Part shown: piece by piece, positions 37,463 to 49,748 of the stretch
Position numbering within the stretch: the first letter of the stretch is position 1
Layout: every line of letters starts with the position of its first letter
Assembly (NCBI GenBank): GCA_977017645.1
Contig: OZ360242.1
Span: forward strand, 46,252,001 to 46,316,000
Reading direction: 5' to 3'
DNA from: Torpedo marmorata
Taxonomy: Eukaryota
Length of the DNA: 64,000 nt
Position numbers and translations under genes: made by a program
Notes under the pieces: model-generated
Seen by the model: the letters and a program-made list of their open reading frames with translations, nothing else
What the model was told of the DNA's origin: nothing
Database searches by the model: none

Positions 37463-40400
37463 CAACGATGGATACATGCCCATTCTTTAGCAGATTTTGA
37501 CAGCAGGAAAACTTAGCAGAATCCAGTCCAGACGTTTCCAGAAAAGCCACAGCATACATCAGGAAGTGGATCCCCAAATTCTCATCACTAGGTACCAGTG
37601 CCAATTCAAGAAAGGTTGCTAGTTCTACCATGACCAGAAGTGGAACCTGAACCCTTTCTAATTTTGCAAACTTACTGCATTTATTCACAGGGCCACAGTG
37701 TGCCAAGACTATTGGAGCGACTGAAAAATCCCAAATGTTTAAAACATTGAAAGAATGCAAAATAATTCAGAATGGGGAATGGTAGCAACTTTATTTCAGT
37801 TGACAGGTTAAGAAATGCAGTTAGGTTACATACATTGCAGGATTACAAATTGGAAATGTCTGTTTTGAAAAATATACAGTGACTCAAATCTTCAACAGTG
37901 TACTGTACACATTACTTGTGAACCTTTACAAGTGATTTTGCAATGATGAAATATTGCATTCAATGGGTGAAGACAGGCATGTCAGAATTTACAGGCATGA
38001 AATCATTGGTACTTCCCTTCTAATACAGCAGTACAACAGCATCCCACAACATCTGTCCATATTGGGAAACCATTATGTATTGGGAAACCATTATGTACTA
38101 CCACGACAATGTTTGTCAATAACCAAGCATCACACCACCAATAATCTACAGGTTGTTCGTGATCCATTTTTGTTAATAGTTCAAATGGAAGAGGCACCAA
38201 TCACCAATGTAGCAGTAAATTTGGTCTAACACAGGCCTGATGTGGAAAATAGAAACACATCACAGTCAGTGATGGCTGGAGATGATAATTAAGGCACCAA
38301 GTTGCAGAAATTAAACACAGGCACTAGGTGCAAAGGTCTGGAAATGTTCTTCTCCAAGGCCATCCATTAATGAGTGCAAGGATAATCATGGATCCAAAAC
38401 TTTATGCAGATACAGAAACAAAATATTGGTGCATTCAGCAGATAAAGCACATAGATGTCATTAATCTTCGTTTATTTGTTCAGAGGCATAGTCCTACCCT
38501 CAGAAGTCCCTACCCAAGACATATCTATGGATTTACAAAGACATGCTGTCCCCCACATAAACCATTTTGCATTAGGCAAAAATACAAATACCAGTTTTGG
38601 CTCATGACAATTTGTCCCTTGCTCACACTTTCTTGCTATGGAGGAAGATCCTGTTTAGGTTTTCTTCCATTTCAATTGAGCTTTGGAATTCTAATCCTGC
38701 TCACCCTGCATGCAGCCACAAGCTTTGGTTAGTCAATTTTTTTGACCAGACAAAAAAAAACTTTTTGCAAGGCAATGGGCTTAACCTGGAAATCAACGTA
38801 GACACTCAAGGACAATCATTTACTAACACAGCCTCGGAACGTGCTTCCGAGTGCTACTATCACAGCTTTGTGGGTCTTGGCACCAACTATAGGATCTCAA
38901 AATTTAACAATCATTGATGAAAAAAAATTCTTCACCAAGGTTCATTCCTTAGAATTTATTTGCTTTTCGGTGGTATACAATTCAACAACCAAACCACATT
39001 GAACCTCAACCAATACTTCCGCAAGATCAATAAGGCACTGATCTTTAAGGCACAATCCATTCTATGCTCTAATTCATCTACATAGCATTTCATTATCAAG
39101 AACTTCACTGCTAATCCTTTTCAGCTAAAATAATTAGGATTCAATCTGTTAACTAACCAATTTTCTTAGTACATTTTCTAATGCATCAATTTGAAAATTC
39201 AAAACAATATTCCCTTAGGAACTATACAATGTTCTTTATTTAATGCCGCTTCCATCAAGTCAATGTTTGAACCAATTATCCAGTTAGAAACAGTAATGGA
39301 TGCGTCAGAGGACTGCACCAGTAGTGTATTAAATGCCAGTACAATGCTAAAGTCCTTGAAACTTGCTCAACTTTTAGTATTTGCTAATCATGAGAATTCA
39401 TTCATCAAAATCTCATGATCCATGTCCTTTCTATTCCTGTGCCCTCTGAGTGAAACAAAATAATAATTTGTTCAGTTTACAATAAATGAACCACGCTGCT
39501 GCATTTCAATTTTGTACACATTTCAGACAAGTTCTGCACAAAGCATTTTTCCACAGGTTTCCATTTAAAGCAATTAGAACAAATTTGGATTGCCTCAAGA
39601 GCTTATAAAATAGCATCTTGATGTACAGGCAACAGATTAAATATTTACAAAAGGCAAGAACAGATAGGTTGACTGCTCACATCATCGTGCACAAATCCTC
39701 AAGTTGAGAAAGATTTTACAGTACACAAATTGACAAATGAAAGTTACATGGGAATTAAACAATTATAAACCGATTGCAATGTTGTCAACCTTAGTTGAAC
39801 AAGACCAAGAGAATATACAGAATAGGTATATTATAGACTGGTGCATCATTGAATACAATTTTCTTGAAATAATTAAGGTAATATGGCATCCCCAAGTAGC
39901 ACACATCAAGTTTTGGGGAGAAAATAATAAATGTTACAATGTTTATTAGCACGTTTGCATTGAGCCAATATCTTGAGCCAACATCTTCAAATAAGCCAGA
40001 AGTTATGCAATTAATACTGAATAACGAACTTAGGACCTAATAACTTAAACTTAGAAGGCCAAGGTTCAAGCTACCAGTTATTTTGATCAAAACAAACATA
40101 AAAATGACAAGTAAAAAAATTCCCTTAGTGGCATTTCACCAATTAGCCAATTCCCCAATGTGACTGACAAATGCTACAATTAGTATAATGTAGCTCCAAA
40201 ACCAAATGTTTAGGCCAAAAGACCTTCAAAATTTTAACTAGCATCTTCCAATTATTTGTTTATATTTCCCCCTTTTTTTTTTTTTAAGATGAAACAGGGC
40301 CTAAATATAATTGCAAAATATGGGTCACACACCTTCAATATGAAAGAAAAATCTACTTTTAGCTTTTGAAAACTAAACTTCAATTTGCACCAGCAGAAAA

Positions 40401-40494
40401 GAAACTTTCCCATCACTAACTTCTTCACTTAAAGCAATAAGAGCCTGGTTATAAAAATATTAATTTAACACATCAAATTTAAAAATTACCATAC

Positions 40495-40588
40495 TCAGAG
40501 CAAGATTTTGACAACACCTTGTGGTGACACAGTTGCCTGCATGCAGACTTTTGAGGCAATCGTTCCAAACTCGAGTCTTTTGGCTAAT
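40495..40588 (-). CDS. NDE1: NDE1 KMLL-type terminal coding exon (LAKRLEFGTIASKVCMQATVSPQGVVKILL*)
   Basis: ttttcag| acceptor in phase 2. KRLEFG...QGVVK.LL parallels the mammalian NDE1-KMLL C-terminus and distinguishes NDE1 from NDEL1. Confidence 0.9.
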
Positions 40589-40949
40589 CTGAAAATGCAA
40601 GCAGAAAAAAAAAAATCAAATAATAGTTTCAGGAAATAAAATGAACCATTTCAGAAAGACATACAAACTGTTGATGCTTCAAAGAACAGACTGATTTGGA
40701 TGTCCCCAAGCTTTTCAGAGAAAATTTCCACAATTTGTCTGGACTGTACATTATGACCATTGTTTAATTACAATTGCTTTTTATTCTGCAAGTTGCAGGA
40801 TAGAAGATAACAACCTACATGGTTCCAAAATAGTTATGCATCAGGTAATATGCAACTCTCAACAACAAAGAATCATTTATTTGTTTACATTCCAAATTTA
40901 AAGATGGTACTTGTTAGTGATATTCAAACTATATACAAAAAAATGCCCC

Positions 40950-41540
40950 AGTCACACCATTTAATTCTACTTCCCAGACAGACATGCCTGTCCATGGCCT
41001 ACTATACTGCCAGGTTGACTCCACATGCAACTTTGAGGAACACCTTGTATTCAGACTTGGCAGTCTTCAACAGGACAGCAACACCATAGACGACTCATTT
41101 CTAGTAACCTCCCCACCCCCTTGTTTTCTCAATCCCTCTCCCCTGCTCTCATCTTTCTGGCCCCATTCCTCCTCTTGTTCTCTGCTTTCCCCTCACACAC
41201 TCTCTCCACCTTCCTGTCACCCACACCCTCACTCCAGCTCCCCACCCCATTCCTATGAGAGTGCATTTACCTCAGCCCTCTGCCTCTTCCCCATCGCCTC
41301 CTAGATGCTCACTTTCCCCCCTTCCCCATTTCTTCTCCCTCCTACCTGTATTCACCCATCACCTGCCAGCCCTCCCCATATTTATTTTCAAGATTCTGCC
41401 AGTTTCTTGCTATTCCTGTTGAATGGTTTTAGCCAGAAACATTGACCATCTATTGCCTTCCACAGATGCTGCCTGACCTGCAGAGTTCCTCCACCAATTT
41501 GTTGCTCCAGCTTTTCCAGCACCTGCAGTCTCTTGTTTAC
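40950..41540 (+). mobile_element. Penelope-like 3' remnant
   Basis: LEEHLVFRLGSLQ-like peptide, pyrimidine-rich stretch, gatgctgcctgacctgcagagttcctcc terminus. Confidence 0.65.
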
Positions 41541-43019
41541 CTACAAGCTACAAAAAGAATCTCAGGGTTGTATGTGATGTCATGTATGTACTCTGACCAT
41601 AAATCTGAAATCTGAAGCTTACAAGCAAATGGATTAAACCATCACTGCAAATTTTCCCTACTTGGAGAGAGCTCTTTCAGCTGATATGCAAAGGTGATGC
41701 TCCAGGTCAAGGGAAACCATTTTTCTGGAGACAAATCATTCCAGCATGCAGACAATTATCTATGGCAGCAACATTTATTCAACAGATAATAGCATTCTAA
41801 AGAAAGACAGGCCACAAGTGTACGTATGGCTTGATGTCATTGTAAAGCACTCTGTAAACAAAAACATTTAATTATGGTCACCAATGTATTGTATGAAACA
41901 CATGCAGCAGGATCTACAAATAAACCATCTGGGTCACTATTTCCTGTAATGCAAAGCCATCTGTGTTCATCTATGTTTATGTCAAGCAATGAGCTGAAAA
42001 GGTGTCAAATTCTACGAGAGATTTTTTATTCTGCACATCAGACTTTTTTGGTTGCAATTTGCAAATTCCATTTGAGCAAATTTCCATCATCTGATCTGCT
42101 GTAACTTTGGGTGGACGTGGGAAGGGGGAAACAAATCTTTGCGATATTGACCAACAGATTATCCGGAACAAGTCCACTGCTCTTCATGAAGGGCTCAAGC
42201 CCGAAACATTGGTTTTGTATCTTTAGCTTTGATTTATAAAGTACATTGTTTGACCTGCTGAGTTTCTCCAGCATTATGTTTTTACTTTTGTGTTTTACTC
42301 CTTTTTCTAATGGAATTATTTTTGCATTCAAGATACCAGATACACAATTTAAAAAAACTTTCATTTAGTGCAATCCCCTTCAAGCAATCCCCGTCAAGAG
42401 TTCTGCAGCATGCACACAGTCCAACTCATCCATGCCAACCAAGTGGTTACCTGAGCTGGTCCCAGTTTGGTCAACATTCCCCTTTCCTATCCATGTACCC
42501 ATTCAGACATCTTAAGCACTAATTGTACACATCTCTAGACATTCCCTAGACCTTCTCAGCTGCTTTATATCCACTAAAATGGCAGAGTACACAAACTGGC
42601 TACATATTCTAATGACCAAGTACCGGTAATTTAAGTGAAACCGAAATTGAGAAACCATAGCAAAGAAACCAGTGATAATATCCTGACTCTTCCATTTCAA
42701 CCTTAGAGCACAGGCAGGATTCAGTTTGAAGTCTCATCTGAAAGATTCCACTACCAACCTTCCAATTTTGCTTTGAATTTTTTTAATCCAGTCTCTGCAG
42801 CAGGATCACAACATTCCAACTCCGATAAGAGCAACTAACAAACATAGCTGAAAATACAACCTTGCCTGCCCACAAAGAACTGGACTGAAGAAACTTGATT
42901 TAAAAATCTTGGAAACAAGACTCAATCTGGCTAAACTTCCATAACATTTTCAAAGTGTGCAGAAGCAATCATAACTTATCTCAAAATAATGTAGGTCCGT
43001 TAAAATAAGTTTTACTGAC

Positions 43020-43174
43020 CCTTTGTCATATTGGGGTAGATTAGCATTTGACATCCGGTTATCATTGTTGTCCTTGACTGCATGGTTTCTATTCTGAGCA
43101 GTTGACAGAGTTCCACGGTTTAGAGACTGATCCCAGGCAAAATTGCTATAGGATGCAAGCTTCGACTCCAAGGC
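43020..43174 (-). CDS. NDE1: NDE1 exon (ALESKLASYSNF...QYDKG)
   Basis: tacag|...|gtcagt, 155 nt, ends in phase 2. Confidence 0.9.
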
Positions 43175-43351
43175 CTGTATAAAAATAAAATCAAACTCCA
43201 CATTTAGAAATGAAATGCCCAGAGGAAATTAATAACAACCAAATTCCCAATTTGTTTCAGACTTTCTTTACATCATTGATTTTGTCAAGTGGTTACTCAA
43301 CCACCACCTTTCACGCATTACATCCTTCCCTTTTTATTTTTATTTTTTGAA

Positions 43352-43550
43352 AACAGCGCCAGCGAACCAGGTTCAAATCCAACGCTGTCTGTAAGGAGTT
43401 TGTACGGTCTCCCCGTGTCTGCATGAGATTCCTCTGGGTGCTCCAGTTTCCTCCCACATTCCAAAGACATATGTGGCTAGTAGGTGATTGGTCACATGGG
43501 TGTATTTGGGGAGCACAGGCTCATGGGCCAGAAGTGCTGTATCTCCAAAT
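43352..43550 (+). mobile_element. 5'-truncated V-SINE
   Basis: Similar to the other copies. Confidence 0.7.
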
Positions 43551-45219
43551 TAAAATGAACATTTTTCAAGGGTTCATTTATTTGTGTTTTTTTTTATTTT
43601 GGTTTTGCCTCCCCATGTCTTTTAAATAATGCATTGGCAATACAGTAATCTAGAAAATTAGTAGAATCCCACCAAAAGTTGTTTCCTGCAGCTTTCTCCA
43701 TACAACAAGTTATTCTAATCAACATAGTAACCCAAAACCAATGCCACTTCTATGCTCTGAAGACAAACATTGATTCTGCCTCTGCTTCAATTATTTCTCA
43801 ACTGCATTTAAATTTTCATCTCTGCCTTATTCCATATCCCAAAATATTTTCCATTGAACTCAGAGGACTGGAATTATTTAGAAGTTGATGCAATGAAGTC
43901 CAATATCAATGGAAGAACACTGACAAGAGAGTGACCATCAGTCCTTATCTATTTCTAATCAAAAACTTGATACAAGTAGAATTTAAATTGAAGCGCGACC
44001 AACTTCAAATGGGTAAAGGGAATCCAATCAGGGTAAAATAGAACCAAAGCCTGACAGGAAAAGCGTAACCAAGCAATGGAAGATCTTGAGGAGGAAATAG
44101 TAGAGGCTCGGCACATTTCCACAAGAGGAAAGGTGACAAACACCAGGTCTTTTTTTATTGCAAAGAAACTAAGCATCAGTGTGTAATGTACATCAGTTAA
44201 ATTCAAGAGACAGGTTAAACAGAAAAAGCCAAAGGAAAATATTTAGCAAAGAAAGAATGAGAGAATAAAAAAAAAGTTAAAAACAAAGTTAAAAGTTTTG
44301 GGCTTGCATGCAAGTTGAAAATGGGCAGCAACAGGCCTGTTACAATTGTACTTATTAGGGTCAATTAAGGAGGTTACATGCTAAATTGGAGGTGGGCAAG
44401 GCTAGATTATTTAAGTACCATGTGTCAGTGTTTACTAAGGAAAATAACGTTAATTGGCGTTCAAGACTTGTACATACTCCCTTTATATTTATAGCCCATC
44501 TGAACAGGCTGATTTTGCTGAGAGTGGATGTCACTCAGCCCAAATGGAGATTATATTCTCATAGCAATTGTCAAGTTTGCCAAGAATGTTTCAATGGTAT
44601 CTCATCAAGCTCCCATGCATGGGCCAATCTATAGTCAGAGAAATGTACAGAAACAAGCCAACAATCACCCATTTATACCAATCCCATTTTTGTTTTCTTC
44701 TCTCCACAAACTCCCCCAGATTCTACCATTCATCTACATACCAGGGGCAATTTATAGTACGTAGTCAATTAACATACCAGCCCATTTCTTTGGAACATAG
44801 AAGGAAATGAGAACTCTGGGGGAACGCATTCTGTCACAATTAGAAAGTAAAAATTCTATACAGACATCATCAGAACCAGAGAACACTACAGCACAAAAAA
44901 TAGGCCATTCGGCCTTTCTAGTCTGTGCCGAAACATCATACCACTAGTCCCACTGACCTGCACCCATTCCATAACCCTCCAGACCTTTCCCATCCATCAG
45001 GATTGAGTTTGGTCTCTGGCTTTGAAGCAGTGGATTTAGTAGCTGCATTATTGTGCTGCACTTTCCTACCACAACCACCAATAATAAGCCATGTGAACCT
45101 TCTCTGCATTGTCACCATGAATATTCTTTCTTGGTCAAGGAGACCAAACTGTACTCCATATTGGTAGTCACCAGAATCAATGTGGCAAAGATGACCTTTG
45201 GTATTCTATCAAACTTTGG

Positions 45220-46280
45220 TAAGATTGGTAAGAACTTCTCCTCCACAATCTCCATCAGTACCAGAGCACCACAGGGCTGTGTTCTTAGCCCCCTGCTCTA
45301 CTCACTTTACACCTACGACTGTGTAGCTTGGTATGACAATAACACCATCTACAAATTTGCCGACGATACCACAGTAGTGGGTTGTATGAAGGAAGGGGAT
45401 GAGTCAGCATACAGGATGGAGATTGAAAACTTGGCTGAATGGTGCACCAATAACAACCTTGCACTCAATGTCACCAAAACTAAGGAGCCGATTGTTGACT
45501 TCAGGAAAGGAAAGCCAGAGGTATACAATCCAGTGATCATTGGGGGATCAGAGGTGGAGAGGGTGAGCAAATTTAGGTTTTTGGGAGTCACTATCTCGGA
45601 GGATCTTTCCTGGACCCAACGCACCAATGTTATCGTGAAGAAAGCACGTCAGCGCCTCTACTTCCTCAGGAGTTTACGGAGGTTTGTTATGACATCAGAA
45701 ACCCTGGCAAATTTCTACCGATGTGTGGTGGAAAGTTTGCTGACCGGCTGCATCATGGTCTGGTATGGGAACACAAATACCCCTGAATGTAAAGCCCTCC
45801 AAAAGGTAGTGGACACAGCCCAGGACATCACAGGCAAAACCTTCCCCACTATTGAGTACATCTACAGGGAACGCTGCCGTCAGAGGGCAGCAGCAATCAT
45901 GAAAGACCCACACCACCCAGCACACGCTTTGTTCTCGCTGCTGCCATCAGGAAAGAGGTATAGGTGCCACAAGACCCGCACCACCAGGTTCAGGAACAGC
46001 AGCTACCCCTCCACCATCAGACTCCTCAACAACAAACTCAATCAGGGACTCATTTAAGGACTCTTACTTGTGCACTTTATTGATTTTCTTTGCTCTCCCT
46101 GTATTGCACAGTTTGTTTACATTCATTATCTGTTTACAGTTCTTTTGATTGTTTACATGTTTACGCTGTGTAGTTTTATTTACACTACGAATTAGTGGTA
46201 ATTCTGCCGCTCCCGCAGGAAAAAAGGAATCTCAGGGTTGTATGTGATGTCATGTATGTACTCTGACAATAAATCTGAAC
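45220..46280 (+). mobile_element. Rex1/Babar LINE, 5'-truncated, open RT C-terminal half
   Basis: [22 protein letters not shown] and RFLGV motifs; ORF runs to 46057; 3' UTR follows. Confidence 0.92.
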
Positions 46281-46589
46281 TTGCAATAAAAGGCAATGTA
46301 TCAGCATGTTTGCTTTCTGTATGTGGACACCTAAAACTCATCCGAACACCAGGACACATTAATTTCACCTATTAATAGACTGCTTTATCCAAAATGAGAA
46401 TTTCCCTGACTGGAGAGCGTTTCTAGATAGTGAAACCTATCCAATGGATCAAGGAGGAAAATCTGCCTTGCATCGAGGGAGCGGTCATCGTCAAAGTGGT
46501 TAGGCCAGAGTCGGCGTCAGAACAAATCTAATCGGGGGGCATTAGGGTGACCGCAGGGGAGAGGGAGCACAAACTGCCATTCGAGAACT

Positions 46590-49500
46590 CGAACGAGGAG
46601 TAGGGATGAGGTCCTGAAGAGGGAGTATAGGGAGTTAGGAAAGAGGTTAAAAAGCAGGACCTCAAGGGTGGTAATCTCAGGATTGCTGCCTGTGCCACGC
46701 GCCAGAGAGGGTAGGAACAGGAAGTTGTGGCAGATGAATGCGTGGCTGACGAGTTGGGGCAGGGGTTCAGATTTCTGGATCTGGGGAAGGTCTGACCTGT
46801 ACAAAAAGGACGGGCTGCACCTGAACTGGAAAGGGACCAATATCCTGGCGGGCAGCTTTGCTGGAGCTGTTGGGGAGGGTTTAAACTAGTTTGGCAGGGG
46901 GGTTGGAATCAGAATGTGAGTGCAGAGATTATGGTAGAAGGACAAAAGCATGATGCTATGTGTTCTGAGTTGGTGAGGAAGGACAGGCAGGGGACAAAAC
47001 ATAAATGCAACCAGTTAGAGGGGTTGAAATGTGTCTATTTCAACGTTAGGAGTATTAGGAATAAAGAGGATGAACTTAGTGCATGGATCAGTACGTGGAA
47101 CTACAATGTTGTGGCCGTTACTGAAACTTGGCTGGAGGAAGGGCAGGATTGGCTGATGCAGGTATCGGGGTTTAGGTGTTTTAAAAGGAATAGGATGGGA
47201 GGTAGGAGAGGAGGATGAGTAGAGCTATCACTGTGCTGGGAGTAATCTTTTGGCCCCCAAATAGCCCTCGGGACACCGAGGAGCAGATAAGGTGGCAGAT
47301 TTTGGAATGGTGCAGGAAATACAGTGTTGTAGTTATGGGTGATTTCAACTTCCCTAATATTGACTGGCACCTCCTGACTGCAAGAGGGATAGATGGGGCT
47401 GAATTTGTCAGGTGTGTTCAGGAAGGGTTCCTGACACAGTATGTGGACCGGCCAACGAGAGGAGAGGCCATACTCGATCTAGTTCTGGGTAATGAACCTG
47501 GTCAGGTGGCGGACCTCTCGGTGGGGGAGCATTTTGGTGAGAGCAACCACAACTCCCTTAGCTTCAGCATAGCTATGGAAAAGGATAAAGTGCTTAACTG
47601 GGGAAGGGCTAATTATGAAGGGATGAGGCAGGAATTAGCGAGAGTAAATTGGAAACAGATGTTCAAACGTGAAAGCACAGAAGTAATGTGGAGAAAGTTT
47701 AGGGACCACGTGTGCTGGGTTCAGGATAGGTTTGTCCCACTGGGACAAGGAAAAGATGATAGGAAAAGGGAACCGTGGCTGACGAAACAGGTGAGGCAAC
47801 TAGTCAAGAGGAAGAAGGAAGCATATGTTAGCTATAAGAAGCAGGAAGGGCTCATGAGAAATATATGGTAGCCAAGAAGGAGCTTAAGAAAGGACTAAGG
47901 AGAGCTTGAAGGAGGCATGAGAAGGCCTTGGCATGTAGGATTAAGGAGAACCCCAAGGTGTTCTATGTGTATGTGAAGAACAGAAGGATGACGAGAATGA
48001 AGGTGGGGCCGCTAAAGGTTAAAGGAGGCAACATGTGCCTGAAGGCAGAGGAGGTTGGGGCGGTGCTTGATCAGGGTGAGGTCAAAATAGAACAAGCCTG
48101 TGTGCTAGACAATGTGGAGATTAAGGAAGAGGAAGCGTTGGATCTTTTTAAAAACATCAAGACTGATAAGTCACCGGGGCTGGACGCGATATACCCCAGG
48201 TTGCTGTGGGAAGTGAGAGAAGAGATAAGATAGCTGGGGCAGTAGCTATGATCTTTGAATCCTCTTTGGCCGCAGGGGAGGTGCCGGAAGATTGGAGAAT
48301 GGCAAATGTAGTCCCCTTGTTTAAAAAAGGTAATAGGGAGAATCCTGGGAATTGTAGACCGGTGAGTCTTACGTCAGTGGTGTGCAAACTATTGGAGAGG
48401 ATTCTTAAGGATAGGATCTATGAGCATTTGGAGAAGTACAGTCTACTCAAGGATAGTCAGCATGGCTTTGTGAAGGGAAGGTCGTGCCTCACGAACCTAA
48501 TTGAGTTTTTTGAGGAGGTAACAAAAGAAATTGATGAGGGTAGGGCGGTAGATGTGGTCTACATGGATTTTAGCAAGGCATTTGACAAGGTCCCCCACGA
48601 GAGACTCATCCAGAAAGTCATGAGGCATGGGATCAGTGGAACCTTGGCTGGATGGATAAAAAATTGGCTTGCAGGAAGAAAGCAGAGAGGAGTAATGGAA
48701 GGAAAGTATTCTGCCTGGAGGTCAGTGACTAGTGGAGTGCCGCAAGGATCTGTTCTGGGACCCTTGCTCTTTGTGATTTTTATAAATGACCTGGATGAAG
48801 AGGCGGAAGGATGGGTCAGTAAGTTTGCGGATGACACGAAGGTTGGAGGAGTTGTGGATGGAGCTGAAGGTTGTCGAAGGTTACAAGAGAATATAAACAG
48901 GATGCAGAGTTAGGCAGAAAAGTGGCAGATGGTGTTCAATCCGGATAAGTATGAGGTGATGCATTTTGGAAGGACAAACCAGAAGGCTGAGTACAGGGTT
49001 AATGGTCGGTTACTTAAGAGTGCGGATGAACAGAGGGACCTTGGGGTTCAAATCCATACATCCCTCAAGGTCAACGCATGTGTTGATAGAATAGTTAAGA
49101 AGGCCTATGGGATGCTGGGCTTCATTAATAGGGGGATTGAGTTCAGGAGTAGAGAGGTCATGTTGCAACTCTACAAATCTCTGGTAAGACCACACAGAGT
49201 ATTGTGTTCAGTTCTGGTCACCTCATTATACGAAGGATGTGGAAGCTATGGAGAGGGTGCAGAGGAGATTTACCAGGATGTGGCCTGGATTGGAAAACAA
49301 ATCTTATGAGGCAAGGTTAGCAGAGCTGGGACCTTTCTCTTTGGAGTGTAGGAGGATGAGAGGAGACTTGATAGAGGTCTACAAGATTATGAGAGGCACC
49401 TGTTTCCCATGGCAGGAATAACAAATAGCAGAGGACATATGAACAAAGTTAAGGGAGGGAAGTTTAGGGGAGACATCAGGGGTAAGTTTTTTTTTTTTTG

Positions 49501-49748
49501 TTTTGTTTTTTTTTTTTTTTAATAACACAGTTGTGGGTGCCTGGAATGCGTTGCCAGGGATGGTGGTGGAGGCTGAAACATTAGGGGCATTTAAGAGACT
49601 CTTAGACAGGCACATGGATGAAAGAAAAATAGAGGGTTACGGGGTAGGGTGGGTTTAGTACTTTTTTCTCTTTTTAAAAAAAAAGGAATATATGGGTCAG
49701 CACAACATCAAGGGCCGAAGGGCCTGTACTGTGCTGTAGTGTTCTAAG
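46590..49748 (+). mobile_element. CR1 LINE, large degenerate copy (ORF1 esterase end, APE endonuclease, RT, 3' tail)
   Basis: DGLHLN (SGNH), VAVTETWL, MGDFNFP, SGVPQGSVLGP and KFADDTK motifs; frameshifts and stops. Confidence 0.93.

Noticed and set aside
37790-37795. Minus-strand AATAAA as the NDE1 poly(A) signal
   Set aside because: The UTR-like context is plausible, but many such hexamers occur in this AT-rich region and one cannot be selected without 3'-end data.
42950-43019. Intron read-through NDE1 C-terminus (SVKLIL...DCFCTL*)
   Set aside because: A short open stretch past a donor is expected by chance; there is no transcript evidence.
45053-46057. 334-aa ORF as a domesticated RT gene
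   Set aside because: It is a 5'-truncated Rex1-type LINE; the N-terminal part is unrelated flanking sequence and sister fragments occur nearby.
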